Below, in pieces: positions 1-11,581 of a stretch of 64,000 nucleotides of DNA. Both the position numbers and the translations under genes were made by a program. The DNA comes from an uncultured Candidatus Rokubacteria bacterium (GTDB lineage: Bacteria; Methylomirabilota; Methylomirabilia; Rokubacteriales; CSP1-6), in contig CAVVEU010000013.1 of the NCBI GenBank assembly GCA_963747235.1, forward strand, positions 64,001 through 128,000, given 5' to 3'. Below the pieces are notes generated by a model that saw nothing but the letters and a program-made list of their open reading frames with translations, had not been told where the DNA came from and searched no databases. Within the stretch, counting starts at the first letter, position 1. Each line of letters starts with the position of its first letter.

Positions 1-870
1 CGCCTTGTTGACGACCCCGATGAGGGCCGGGGTGGCGGGCAGCCCGTCCGGCGGCGCGACGAACTCGATGTCCGCGCCCTTCTCCTTGAAGAGCGTGTAG
101 CCCGCGTACTCCGCCAGCCCACAGATGCGGTCGTCGCCCTTGGCGAGCCGGTCGAAGAGCTGGGCCCGCGCGTCGAATCCGCGCGGCCGGAGCTTGCCGA
201 ACTCCTGCCAGAAGTCCGCCCCGTAGAGCTTGCGCAGCATGTACCACTGCATGTGCTGCATCCCGGAGGTGGACAGCTTGGCGCTCATGCCGTCCTTGTG
301 GATGGGATTGAGCATGTCCTTCCACGTCTTCGGCGCCTGCTCGGGCTTGACCTTGGACTTGTTGTACGAGATGCCCGCGAAGGTGACGCCCATCCAGGTG
401 AAGTAGCCGCCGGGCGTGCTCTGGTACGGCGCCTTGTACGACGCCTGCTCGGGCGAGACGTACTGCTCGTAGCCGCCCTTCTTCTGGAAGTCGATGGCGG
501 GCGAGATGTCGGAGAGCTGGAGCACGTCCACCCCGTAGCGGCCCGCGGAGCGCTCGGCGGTGACCTTCGCGTAGAGCGCGCCGGTCTGGGCCCGCACGTA
601 GCTGGTCTTGATCTTGGGGAAGTCCTTCCGGAAGGCGTCCAGCAGGGCCGCGATCCCGGCCTCGCCGTCGTGGCTGTAGTAGACGACCTCGCCCTCCGCT
701 TCGGCCTTGGCGACGTCCGCGCCGGTCATGAAGTCGAGGACCTTGGTGCTCTTCACCGGGGTCTGCGCGGCGGCCGGCGCGACCCGACCCAGCAGGGGGG
801 TGGCGGCCAGGGCGGCCCCGGCCTTCAAGATGTCGCGGCGAGTGATCGGCTGCGGCTGGTGCTCGGACAT
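1..870 (-). CDS. ABC transporter extracellular solute-binding protein (Fe3+/thiamine/polyamine-like), Tat-exported; runs off window edge
   Basis: Not in the ORF track; translated by hand. MSEHQPQPITRRDILKAGAALAA (twin-arginine signal) ... EGEVVYYS ... GISYNKSKVKPEQAPKTWKDMLNP. GGAGG RBS at 881-885 (minus). Confidence 0.85.
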   Translation of the reverse strand, partial: MSEHQPQPITRRDILKAGAALAATPLLGRVAPAAAQTPVKSTKVLDFMTGADVAKAEAEGEVVYYSHDGEAGIAALLDAFRKDFPKIKTSYVRAQTGALYAKVTAERSAGRYGVDVLQLSDISPAIDFQKKGGYEQYVSPEQASYKAPYQSTPGGYFTWMGVTFAGISYNKSKVKPEQAPKTWKDMLNPIHKDGMSAKLSTSGMQHMQWYMLRKLYGADFWQEFGKLRPRGFDARAQLFDRLAKGDDRICGLAEYAGYTLFKEKGADIEFVAPPDGLPATPALIGVVNKA

Positions 871-1073
871 GTGGGTGCGTCCTCCTCGACGGGGTTGTGG
901 CCGGCATCCTCGCCGGCGCGTGACCCCGGTAGCATAAGCCAGGTCGGCGCGGTGAGGCCCCGTTTTCGCGGGTGCGGGCGGTGCGCCGGGTGGGGCGAAG
1001 GTCCAATAGGCGCGCGCGGGCCCCTCGGCCAGACTGGATGAGGAGCGACGAGTCGATCGGCCGAGGAGAGAAT

Positions 1074-2120
1074 ATGCGCTACGACGCACTGCTTGTCATG
1101 GTGGGCCTGTTGTTCTCGGCGAGCCCGGCCTCCGCTCAGATCAGCATCGGCATTGGACTTCCGAGCGTGAGCATCGGGATCAACCTGCCGTCGTACCCCG
1201 AGCTCGTGGTGGTGCCGGACTATCCCGTCTACTACGCCCCGCGAGGGGACGTGAACCTGTTCTTCTACGACGGCATGTACTGGGCATACGAGCGGGACAA
1301 CTGGTACGCGAGCACCTGGTACAACGGCCCCTGGGGGCTGGTGGGCCCGGAGTACATCCCGGTGTTCGTGCTGCGCATACCCGTTCGGTACTATCGCCAT
1401 CCGCCGGTCGCATGGGTCTCATGGGGGCGCGAGGCGCCGCCACGCTGGGGCGAGCGCTGGGGCCACGACTGGGAGCAGCGTCGAAGCGGATGGGACCGGT
1501 GGGACCGTCGCGCTCCTCACGCACCCGCCCCGCTGCCGGCTTACCAGCGGCAGTATTCCGGGAAGCGGTATCCCCAGGTGGAGCGGCAGCAAGCGCTGCA
1601 GCGTGAGCAGTATCGCTATCAGCCGCAAGACCCCGTCGTGCGGCAGGTTCAGCAGGACCGCAGGCAGCAGGACGGTAACAAGGGCAACCAGGAGAACAAG
1701 GGCAACCGGGACACCAAGGGCAATCAGGCCAACCAGCGTCCCAGCCCGCCGCCTCAGCCGAATGCGCCGGCCGTCCGGCAGCAGGACGAGCGCCGGCAGC
1801 AGGACAAGGATAGCCAGCGCTCCAAGGCGCCCGCGCCGCCGCAGGCCGTTCAGAAGGCGGCCCCAGCGCCGGCCCCGGTTCCCCAGGCCGTTCCCGCCGT
1901 GCAGCAGAAGGCGCCTGCTCCGCTGCCTGTTCCCGCCATTCAGGAGAAGCAGCCGCCGCCGAGGCCGGCGCCGGTTCGGCAGGAGCGATCCGCTCCGAAG
2001 TCCGAGGACAGGCAGGATCGCAAGGGCGACGCGCAGGAGCAGGGTCGAGGGCAGGAGAAGGGGCAGGAGCGCGGGGATCGCGGTCAGGAGCAGGAGCGAG
2101 GTCAGGGCCGCAACAAGTAG
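1074..2120 (+). CDS. Secreted hypothetical protein with Tyr/Trp-rich N-domain and Gln/Pro-rich disordered tail
   Basis: GAGGAG RBS, signal peptide ending ASA-Q, then ISIGIGLPSVSIGINLP..YWAY..WYNGPW. C-terminal low-complexity repeats (NKGNQE/NKGNRD/TKGNQA; GQE). Confidence 0.75.
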   Translation: MRYDALLVMVGLLFSASPASAQISIGIGLPSVSIGINLPSYPELVVVPDYPVYYAPRGDVNLFFYDGMYWAYERDNWYASTWYNGPWGLVGPEYIPVFVLRIPVRYYRHPPVAWVSWGREAPPRWGERWGHDWEQRRSGWDRWDRRAPHAPAPLPAYQRQYSGKRYPQVERQQALQREQYRYQPQDPVVRQVQQDRRQQDGNKGNQENKGNRDTKGNQANQRPSPPPQPNAPAVRQQDERRQQDKDSQRSKAPAPPQAVQKAAPAPAPVPQAVPAVQQKAPAPLPVPAIQEKQPPPRPAPVRQERSAPKSEDRQDRKGDAQEQGRGQEKGQERGDRGQEQERGQGRNK

Positions 2121-2640
2121 TCGTCAGCACAACCCGAAGCCCATCAACGAGATCGTGACGGAGAAGTTCGTCACGGATCCCGTGCGGATCGCCCTCGAGG
2201 CGGCCTCGGCCCCTCTTCACGGCCGAGCCGCTCTCGCAGCTTTCTCGCGCGCCCGCTACGCGGGCGTGACGGCGGCGATCGACTCGGCGGCGGCGACCCG
2301 CACGCGGTCCAGCTCGGCCTCGAGCAGGGCAAGGCGGCCTTCGAGCTCTGTCGCCGCCGAAGCCGCGCCTGCGGGCGCGCTCGTCTGACCTCCTCCAGCT
2401 CGGGCTTCAGGATGGTCTGCGCGCAATTCGGGCATACGCCGACGTTGGCGCCATCTCCGCCTGCAGCGACACGACCCCTACGCCGACGCTGACCCGGGGC
2501 TCCGGGCTGCGCCCGGGGGGTCAGCGCGCGATCGGCGGGACGCGGCTACCGGACTTGGATCGTCTTCTTCTTGTCGAGCCCCCCCCCAACGACCAAGCTC
2601 CCGGGTGTTCAAAGCGGGACAGACTTCATGGGACGAAACG

Positions 2641-2657
2641 CGTATGAATAGGAACAC
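2641..2657. promoter_or_regulatory. Putative Crp-family operator (cGT-N10-ACA) upstream of the crp gene
   Basis: CGTATGAATAGGAACAC; the right half matches the sites at 23323-23342 and 38555-38597. Confidence 0.35.
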
Positions 2658-2713
2658 ATAGTGTGCGACGCGACGGTAGCAGATAGGGTAACCGGATTCG
2701 ACGGAGGGCGGCG

Positions 2714-3367
2714 ATGGGACGCAAGCAGCCGGCTGGATTCGACGCGAAGGCGTTCCTCACGAAGGCCGGCACGGGACGATCGGCCTTCCCCTACCGGAAG
2801 AAGCAGGTGATCTTCACCCAGGGCGACGCCGCGGACGCCGTGTTCTACCTCGAGCGAGGCCAGGTCAAGCTGACCGTGGTCTCCGAGCGGGGGAAATCGG
2901 CGGTCGTCGCCATGCTCGCTCGCGGTGACTTCTTCGGCGAAGGGTGTCTCGCCGGCCAGCCCCTCCGGATGGCCACCGCGTCGGCGATGACCGACGTCTC
3001 GATCGTGCGCGTCGAGCGGCAGGCCATGGTCGGGCTGCTCCACGACCCGTCGCTGTTCTCCGAGCGCTTCATGGCCCACCTGCTGGCCCGCAACGTGCGC
3101 TTCGAGGAAGACCTGGTGGATCAGCTCTTCAACTCGAGCGAGAAGCGCCTGGCGCGGGTGCTCTTGCTGCTGGCGCGCTTCGGCAAGGAAGGGAAGACCG
3201 AGCCGGTCATTCCGAAGATCAGCCAGGAAATCCTGGCGGAGATGGTCGGGACGACCCGGCCGCGGATCAGCGGGTTCATGAACAAGTTCCGGAAGCTGGG
3301 CTTCATCGAATACAACGGGGGCCTGCACATTCACAGCTCCCTTCTCAACGTCCTTCTGCACGGGTAG
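2714..3367 (+). CDS. Crp/Fnr family transcriptional regulator
   Basis: cNMP-binding domain (IFTQGD..GDFFGEGCLAGQPLRMATA) and C-terminal HTH (ISQEILAEMVGTTRPRISGFMNKFRKLG). Confidence 0.95.
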   Translation: MGRKQPAGFDAKAFLTKAGTGRSAFPYRKKQVIFTQGDAADAVFYLERGQVKLTVVSERGKSAVVAMLARGDFFGEGCLAGQPLRMATASAMTDVSIVRVERQAMVGLLHDPSLFSERFMAHLLARNVRFEEDLVDQLFNSSEKRLARVLLLLARFGKEGKTEPVIPKISQEILAEMVGTTRPRISGFMNKFRKLGFIEYNGGLHIHSSLLNVLLHG

Positions 3368-3377
3368 ATGTCAGAGG

Positions 3378-5065
3378 ATGAGCACCGGCCCGGTAAGACA
3401 TGCGGATCAGTCGGCTGAGCCGACGGCCACCCTCGCGGAACGTGGACGTTCGCTCTGCGCTCTCGACCCGCGCCGCCGCGGCTGCCCGACTCCGAAGGGC
3501 TGGACCGGGCGCTGGCGGTGCTCGCCCGGGAGATGACCGAGAACCCCCGCAGCATGCTCCAGCGCCTGGTCGAGACGGCTCTGGACCTGTGTCGAGCCGA
3601 TACGGCCGGTCTCAGCCTGGTCGAAGGGAACGTGTTCCGATGGGAAGCGGTGGCGGGCGAATTCGCATCGTATCGCGACGGTACGATGCCCCGGGCGGCC
3701 AGCCCGTGCGGCGTGTGCATCGACGAGAACGTGACCCACCTCATGCATCTGCCGGATCGCTGTTTTCCGGCCCTGCGGGCTGAGCCGCGCTTCGTCGAGG
3801 TCTTGCTCATTCCGTTCCAGGTGCGCGGCCGACCCGTCGGGACGGTGTGGGTCGTCAGCCACACCGATGACCGGAAGTTCGACCGGGAGGACGAGCGGGT
3901 CGTCCGGACGCTCGCTCAGTTCGCGGCGGCGGGCTGGCAGCTCTGGAACGCCCTCGAGGCCGCCGAGGAGGCGAATCGGCGCAAGGACGAGTTCGTGGCG
4001 ATGGTCGGCCACGAGCTGCGGAACCCGCTGGCCGCCATCTGCAACGCGGCCCACGTCCTGCAGGAGGCGGACACGGCGGGGCACGCCACCGCGGTGCAGG
4101 TGGTCGCTCGGCAGTCGCAGCATCTCGCGCGGGTGGCCGACGATCTGCTCGACCTCTCCCGGATCGGCCGGGGCAAGCTCGAGCTTCAGATCGGGCCCAT
4201 CGAGCTTCAAGCCGTGGTGGCCGCCGCCGTCGAGACGACGCAGTCGCAGATCGCGCGCCGCGGGCAGACCTTATCGGTTGAGCTGCCGGGCGCGCCGCTG
4301 TGGCTCATGGGTGACGCCGTCCGTCTTTCCCAGCTCGTCGCGAATCTCCTGGACAATGCGGCCAAGTACACTCCTCCCGGCGGCCGGATCTCGGTCAGCG
4401 CTCGATCGGCCGGCGGCCGGATCGAGATCGTCGGTGCGGGACACGGGGATCGGGATTCCCGCGGACGAAGCTGAGCGCCGTCTTCGACCTGTTCGCCCAG
4501 CTCGACTCCTCGGCGGGGGGCCTGGGACTGGGCCTCGCGCTGGTGCGGGACCTGGCGGAGCGGCACGGAGGCAGCGTGGAGGCCACGAGCGAGGGGCCCG
4601 GGCTGGGCAGCCAGTTCACCGTGCGATTGCCGGGCCTGCCGGCCCCGCCTTCGCCGCCGTCGGTGATGCGCGACGGCGATACCGAGTCCTCGACGCCTTC
4701 TCATCGTCGAGGATCATCCGGACGTGGCCGAGAGCCTGGCCCTGATACTGCGATGCGACGATCACGAGGTCCGGATCGCCCACGACGGTCCGGCCGCGCT
4801 CCAGGTGCTGAACAAGTTCAAGCCGGATGTGGTGCTGCTCGATGTGGGCCTGCCCGGGATGGATGGTTACCAGGTGGCTCGTCGGATGCGCGAGGAAGTG
4901 CTCGAGTCCAGGCTGACCATCATCGCGCTGAGCGGGTATGGTCAGACGGAGGATCACAGCCAGTCCATGGAAGCGGGTTGCGACGCGCATCTGGTCAAGC
5001 CGGTGCATCCGAGCGTGCTGCGCAGCATGCTCGGCGCGCAGGTACCGAGCATGTCTTCGATTTGA
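3378..5065 (+). CDS. Hybrid sensor histidine kinase GAF-HisKA-HATPase-REC (frameshifted)
   Basis: GAF ([15 protein letters not shown]), H-box [15 protein letters not shown]-box [22 protein letters not shown], receiver [20 protein letters not shown]. Split over ORFs 3518, 4543 and 4724. Confidence 0.88.
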
Positions 5066-5319
5066 ATGATGGACGGCTTGTTTCGGATTGTGATCGGTGG
5101 CTCTGGGGTTATTATTCGTCTGGTGGCTCTGCGGCCCGGCCGGTCAGCGGGGCGGGTCGGCGCGCCAGGAGGGAAACGAGGCCAGGGAGAGCGAGGCCCA
5201 CGTCGACGTCCAGGGCCGGTAACCCGAACAGAGGGAGCAGCCATTCGACCTGAAATCGCACCGGAATCTTCCGAGCAGACCGGCTCCGCGCGACCCCGGA
5301 GCGGGCGGGGAGGGCTGAG

Positions 5320-7108
5320 GTGAGACTGCGCGACCTGGCTCGCCGGGCGACGGGCCGGCCGACGAAGCTCATGCTGGCGAACCGGCTGCGCTTCGAGACC
5401 CTCCTCTCGGCGCTGTCCGCCGGGTTGATTCACGTCAGCGCCCCCGACACCGAGGTGGCGATCAAGCGCGCGCTCCAGCAGGTCGTCACGTTCCTGGGCG
5501 TGGATCGAGGCGGTCTCGACGAGCACGCTGGACGGCAGGCCGGGGCTCCGCCTCTCGTGGGCGCGGCCGGGTCTCGAGAAGCCGCCGCCGGTCACGCGCC
5601 GACGACCAGTTCCCCTGGGTCGTCGGCGAGACTGCGGGAAGGGGAGGTCGTCCGATTCTCTCGGCTCGCCGAGCTTCCCGAGGCGGCGGCGCTCGATCGG
5701 GCCAGCTTCGAGCGCGTGGGCACGCGCTCGAAGGTGTTGATCCCCCTGCGCGCCGGGGGACCCATCCTCGGCGTGCTCTCCTTCGCCTCCGTTCGCGACG
5801 GCCACGCCTGGCCGGACGACCTGGTGGAGCGGCTCCGCCTCCTGAGCGAGGCCTTCGCCGGGCGTCCTGGACCGCCGGCGGATGGAGCTCTCGCTCGCCG
5901 AGCGCCTGCGCTTCGAGAAGCTCCTGTCCTCCCTGGCCGCCGCGTTCAGCCATCTGTCGGCCGCCGATTTCGATCCGGCGGTCCAGCGCGGGCTTCGCCA
6001 GGTCGTCGATTTCCTGGGGGTCGATCGCGGCAGCCTGATCGAGTTCACGCGGGACGGCATCGCCACCCGTTCGTGGGCGGTCGAGGAATGGATGGACGTG
6101 GGCGAGTTCCCGTGGATGACGGCGCGGCTGCAGCGCGGCGAGGTCATCAACGTGTCGCAGATCGAGGAGCTTCCCGGACGAGGCGGCGGTGGATCGGCAG
6201 AGCTATCTCGTGCAACCGGGTCAAGCCGCAGGTCGCGGTGCCCCTGCTGGTGAGCGGGATCGTGGTGGGCGGGCTGATCTTCAGCACGGTCGGCGCCGAG
6301 CGCGCGAAGTCGGAGGAGCTGATCCAGCAGCTCCACCTCCTGGGCGAGGTCTTCGCCAACGCGCTGTCGCGCAAGCAGGGGGAGCTCGAGGCGCAGCGGC
6401 TCCGGCAGGATCTGACCCACATCGGCCGGGTCTCGGCCCTGGGCGAGCTGACCGCGTCGCTGGCCCACGAGCTGAGCCAGCCGCTGACCGCGATCCTCAG
6501 CAACGCGCAGGCGGCCCAGCGCCTCCTCGACGGCCGACGTCGTGGATCTCGACAAGGTGCGCGAGATCCTGAGCGACATCGTGGCGGACGACAAGCGGGC
6601 GGCGGCCGTGATCAACGGACTGCGCGCCCTGATCAAGAAGGGGGACACCGAGTTCGTCGCGCTCGACCTCAACGAGATCGTCGGGGCGGTGGCGTGGCTC
6701 ATGAGAAGCGACACGATCATGCGCAACGTCTCGATGAGCCTCGAGCTCGCCGTCGGACCTGCCGACGGTGCGCGGCGACCGGGTCCAGCTCCAGCAGGTG
6801 GTGCTGAACCTGGTGCTCAACGGCCTCGAGGCCATGCGGGAGCCCCACGCGGGGCGCGCACCCTCGTCATCCGGACGGCCCGGGACGGCCCGGCCGCGCG
6901 TCCGGGTCACGGTCGCAGGACCCGGGGCCCGGCATCGACCAGAAGGATCTCGACGCAGCATCTTCGAGCCGCTCTACACGACCAAGACCGAGGGCCTGGG
7001 TATGGGCCTGGCCATCGTGCGCACCATCGTCGACGCGCACGGCGGCGCGGTGGGGGCCGAGAACAATCCGGAGGGCGGGGCGACGTCTCCAGTTCACGCT
7101 GCCGGTGA
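5320..7108 (+). CDS. Sensor histidine kinase with two tandem GAF domains (frameshifted)
   Basis: Two repeats starting RLRFE(T/K)LLS.L, H-box [43 protein letters not shown]. Confidence 0.85.
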
Positions 7109-7125
7109 ACCGGGAGGGCAGAGCG

Positions 7126-7782
7126 ATGACGGCGGCCTCGCCGCTGGTCTTCGTCGTGGACGACGACCCCTCCGTCCGGAAGAGCCTGACTCGGTTGCTG
7201 GAGTCGGCCGGCTACACGGTCGAGGCGTTCGCGTCGGCCCGGGAGTTCCTCGCGCGCGAGCCGCACGCCGGCCCGTGCTGCCTGGTGCTGGACGTGCGGA
7301 TGCCCGGCCTGACCGGGATCGAGCTGCAGGAGATGCTGGCGGCCACCGGCCGCCGCATGTCCATCGTCTTCGTCACCGGCCACGCCGACGTCCCGACGAG
7401 CGTCAAGGCCATGAAGGCCGGGGCGGTCGATCTGCTCACCAAGCCGGTCGACGTCGAGGATCTCATCGCCGCGATCCAGCGAGCCGTGACGAGGGACGAG
7501 CACGATCGGGCCGCGAGACCCGCCTCGCGGAGATCCGGCGGCGCGTCGGACCTGCTGACCGCGCGCGAGACCGAGGTGTTCGCCCGCGTCGTGACGGGCA
7601 TGCTGAACAAGCAGATCGGCGCGGAGCTCGGCATCGGCGAGAAGACGGTCAAGGTGCACCGCGCCCGGGTCATGGAGAAGATGCAGGCGGGCTCGGTCGC
7701 CGAGCTGGTCCGGCTGGCCGACGAGGTGGGCGTGATCGTCCCCGGGAGCTCATTGGCCGCCGGGCGGACTCGGCCACCGTGA
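7126..7782 (+). CDS. FixJ/NodW-type response regulator (REC + LuxR HTH)
   Basis: [20 protein letters not shown]; [38 protein letters not shown]. Confidence 0.93.
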   Translation: MTAASPLVFVVDDDPSVRKSLTRLLESAGYTVEAFASAREFLAREPHAGPCCLVLDVRMPGLTGIELQEMLAATGRRMSIVFVTGHADVPTSVKAMKAGAVDLLTKPVDVEDLIAAIQRAVTRDEHDRAARPASRRSGGASDLLTARETEVFARVVTGMLNKQIGAELGIGEKTVKVHRARVMEKMQAGSVAELVRLADEVGVIVPGSSLAAGRTRPP

Positions 7783-8165
7783 CGGCCGACGCGCTCGTCC
7801 TGGTGTGGGTGAGCGAGACGGCGATGGCGCTCAGGCGATAACGGGCGAGCAGCTCCAGGGCCCTCGGGCCGCACACGATACGCGGCGCGCCGTAGCCGTC
7901 GAGCGCGACCGAGAAGTCCTCGGGGCCGATCAACCCCCGCGCGGTCTCACGCGGGAAGAGCTTGAGGCAGGCTTCCTTGGCCGCCAGCCGGGCGGCGAGG
8001 TCTGGCCGCCCGGCTCGGTCCTTCCCCGACGTCGCTCAGCTCCACCCTCGAGAAGAGCTCGATCAGGTCTTCGGTGGGTGTGCGTAGGAGCAAGCGCTCG
8101 ACGCGTGCGATCTCCCCGGTGTCGAGGCCGCAGCGAGTGAGGGGCCTGGTGATGTCCGCCATCAC
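7670..8165 (-). CDS. acpS: Holo-ACP synthase (AcpS-type phosphopantetheinyl transferase), frameshifted, 3' end uncertain
   Basis: [39 protein letters not shown], assembled from ORFs 7947-8165 and 7670-7933. Confidence 0.8.
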
Positions 8166-9450
8166 GGGGCGTCGCCGGCCGCGGCTCGGAAGACGAGCGC
8201 GGTGTTGGACCCGCCGAAGCCCCGGTTCAGGACGAGCGCCACATCACTGCGGAGCGCCTGGGGCAGGGCGGACACCGGCAGGCTCCCGACGTCGGGATCC
8301 GACTGGCGCAGGGTCGCCACGCCGGGCACGACGCGGTGGCGCAGGGCCGCCAGGGCCAGCACGCTGTCCAGGATGCCCGAAGCGGCGAGGGGATGGCCGA
8401 AGGCCCACTTGAACGCGGTGACGGGCGGGGTGGCGTCACCGAACACCCGGCGGATGGCCAGCGCTTCGGATGCGTCGGATGCCCGGGTGGCGCTGCCGTG
8501 CGCGACGATCATCCCGACCTCGGCCGGGCGCAGCGCGGCGTCGTCGAGCGCGAGCGCGATCGCGTCCGCGAGCCCGTCGCCGTCGGCGCGGATGGGCAGC
8601 AACCCTTCCGCCTCCGACGGAGCACCCGCTGCCGAGGAACTCGCCGAAGACCGTGGCGTCGGCGCTCGGCCGCGGCCTTCTCCGTCTCGAGAAACAGCGC
8701 GCCGGCCCCTTCGCCCAGCACGCTGCCGCTGCGCCGGACGTCGAAGGGCCACAAGCCATCCGCGCTGAGGAGTCCGAGCTGATGGTAGTAGAGGACCATC
8801 TGGGGCTCGATTGGCGCATCGTGCCCGACCGCCAGCGCGCGATCGGCCTCGCCGGCGCGCAGCGCCGCGGCCGCCTCCGCGATCGCCAGGGATCCGCTCA
8901 CGCTGTGGTTCGTCAGGCAGGCATTCGGCCCTTTCAGGCCGTGGCGGATGCCGACGTGGCACAGGACGTTGTTGGGCATGGACCGCAGGAGCCACATCGG
9001 ATTCACGGTGGCGGTGAGCTCACGGCCGAAGGCCCGGAGATCTCCGTTCGCGGCGGTGAGGAGCGGGAAGAACTCGTACTCGTTCTGGTAGCTGCCCCCG
9101 CCCATGCCGACGTAGACGCCGGTGCGGTCATTGACCGTGCCCGCGGCAGCGGCTTCCAGGCCCTTGCGGTAGGCGACGAATCCGGAATCGTCGAGGGCCC
9201 GGGCGGCCGCGTACAGGCCGAGGAGGTCGCTGCGCTGGAGCAGCCGGTGGAGCTTGCGATCCTCCACCAGGGCGCGCGGATCCAATCCGGTGATCTGGCC
9301 GGCCAGTGAGGTCGGCCAGATCGATGTGTCCCACTGCTGGATGGGCCGGACCGCGGATCGGCCGGTCCACACCGCACCCCAGATCTCCCCTGGAGACTTG
9401 CCGGCGGCGCAGATGGCGCCGGTCCCGGTCACGACCACCCGGACGCTCAC
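8162..9450 (-). CDS. Ketosynthase-fold protein lacking catalytic Cys (chain-length-factor-like), frameshifted
   Basis: RVVVTGTG start; TNHSVSG where active KS has TACASG; HGSAT; KWAFGH; NRGFGGSN. Confidence 0.85.
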
Positions 9451-10748
9451 CCGTCGACCTCTTCCGGATTCCGGAGGGCGAGGCAGCTGTTGGAGCCGCC
9501 GAAGCCGAAGGAGTTGGAGAGGGCGACCCGGATTCGCCGTGCCCGGGGCTTGTCGCGCACGAAGTCGAGATCGCACTCCGGGTCCGGCGTCGTCAGGTTC
9601 GCGTTCACCGGCAGGACGCTCGTGATGGATCGCCAGGGCGCAGACGACCGCCTCGACCGCGCCGGCACCCGCGATGAGGTGGCCCATGAGGCTCTTCGTC
9701 GAGCTCACGCCGATCTGTCCGCGTGGGCGCCGAAGACCGCCCGGATCGCCGCGCATTCGCTCCGATCGTTCATGAGGGTGGACGTGCCGTGGGCGTTCAG
9801 GTAGTCGACCTCGTCCGGCCGGGCGCCGGCCGTCGTGAGGGCCTGGCGTATCGCCTGGATCGGACCGTCACCGGACGGGATGCGGATCCGTGATGCGGTA
9901 GCTGCTGAGCGAGTTGCCGTCTCCGGCCAGCTCGGCGTAGATGCGCGCCCCGCGCCGGCGGGCCGTGTTCCATTCCTCGAGGACGAGCAGGCCGGCGCCC
10001 TCCCCGAGGACGAAGCCGTTGCGGGTGGCGTCGAAGGGGCGGCTGGCGCGCTCCGGTGTCTCGTTGTCGGGTGAGAGGGCACCGAGCAGGCAGAAGCTCG
10101 CCAGGCCGATCGGATGGATCATGGAGTCGAAGCCGCCGGCCAGGACGTGGTCGGCGGTGCCGCGCCGGATCAGCTTCATGGCCGTCCCGACGGCCTGACT
10201 GCCTGAGGCGCAGGCGGTGTGGACCGAGGTGGCGTAGCCGCGGATCCCGAAGCGGTGGAGCGAGGATGGCCAGCCCGGCGCTGGTCTGGCTCCGCTGGAA
10301 GGCCAGGGGATCCATCGCGAAGCCATCGGTCAGCAGCCGCTCCGGGTGGAAGGTGCCGTCGGGGGCGCAGTGGCGGTGCACCTCGACGAGCTCGCCGAAT
10401 CCGAGGCCCGCCTTGCCGCTTCCCACCACGCAGGCCCAGCGCGTCGCGTCACTGGCCTTCGGCCGGATCCCGGCATCGCGCAGCGCCTCCTCGGCCGCGA
10501 CGAGGGCGATCGCGTGCGAGCGGTCGGCGAGCCGCAGGAGCTTGCGGTCTTCGATGACGTGGCGAGGGTCGAACCCTTTCACCTCGGCGGCGATGTGTAC
10601 CGGAAAGCCGCCGGCTTCGAAGTGGGTGATCGGTGCCACCCCGCTGCGGCCGGCGAGGAGCGCCTTCCAGGTGGCGGCGACGTCGTTCCCGAGCGGGGTC
10701 ACGAGACCCAGCCCGGTGATGGCGACGCGGCGCGGGTGTCTTCGTCAT
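9447..10748 (-). CDS. Beta-ketoacyl-ACP synthase (FabF-like), frameshifted
   Basis: RRVAITG, TACASG (Cys), SRPFDATRNGFVLGEGAG, NAHGTST, KSLMGH, SNSFGFGGSN. Confidence 0.9.
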
Positions 10749-11581
10749 GCCCGCTCCTGCGAGGCGATCTCGATCCGCGCGGTGGCGACCCGCTGCCCCT
10801 CCACGATCGCGGCCAGAGTCAGCTCGGCCGCCGCGTCCGTCGCCGACCGCATCCCCGCTTCGATCTCCACCGCGATGCCGGGGAGGATGAACGAGCGCAT
10901 CTTCACGTCGGCCACGCGGGCAGGTCGCAGCCGCCGGCCCGGCGGTAGCGCCTCCGCGGCGAGCCGCAGGGCCAGGCGGATCTGGGCGTCGAGCAGGAGT
11001 GACGCTGGAAAGACGGGGCGGCGCGGGAAGTGATCGCCGAAGAAGGGCGCGGACGTCGGGACGTGTAGGGTGGCGCGCAGCCGCCGGCCGGGGATGTGGT
11101 CGATCAGCGAGAGATCCGGCGCCGTGATCCCCGGGAAGCGACCCGGCCGCGCGCCGGGTCCGCAGAGCGTCTCGAAATCTCCCCGCACCGCCTCCGGAGC
11201 ATCGAAGTCCTCGAGCGGCAGCATCGGCCCCACGCACCCGCCCAGCTCGAGGATGTGCGTGTCCGCGACGCTCGCCCAGCCGCTGTAGGCGACGGCGTCC
11301 GGATCGCAGCGCTCGATGTCCACGCCGAGCTCGAGCACCGCGCCCGGCGCCACCTCCGCGAGGATTTGCGTCTCCCGGGACAACGCCGCCACGGGCCGCC
11401 GCTGGAACCCGGCCTGGGCCATGGCCACCCAGCAGGCGAGCTGTCCGACGGCCTCTACTACCAGACAGGGCGGGAACGCGGGGAGGGTCGCGGGGATCGC
11501 GAAGCGGGCCCGGGCCCGGATGCCCGCCTCGAGCGACGTGATCCGATCCACGAACGAGAAGGCGCTGAAGCGATCGGGCAT
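10745..11581 (-). CDS. Double hot-dog 3-hydroxyacyl-ACP dehydratase (FabA/FabZ-like)
   Basis: N-domain FSFVDRI..FPPCLVVEAVGQ; C-domain FFGDHFPRRPVFPASLLLDAQ. Confidence 0.8.
   Translation of the reverse strand: MPDRFSAFSFVDRITSLEAGIRARARFAIPATLPAFPPCLVVEAVGQLACWVAMAQAGFQRRPVAALSRETQILAEVAPGAVLELGVDIERCDPDAVAYSGWASVADTHILELGGCVGPMLPLEDFDAPEAVRGDFETLCGPGARPGRFPGITAPDLSLIDHIPGRRLRATLHVPTSAPFFGDHFPRRPVFPASLLLDAQIRLALRLAAEALPPGRRLRPARVADVKMRSFILPGIAVEIEAGMRSATDAAAELTLAAIVEGQRVATARIEIASQERA

Noticed and set aside
2255-2455. Minus-strand fragment with CPNC and a coiled-coil-like stretch
   Set aside because: Needs frameshifts to assemble and has no clear start or family; too weak to call.
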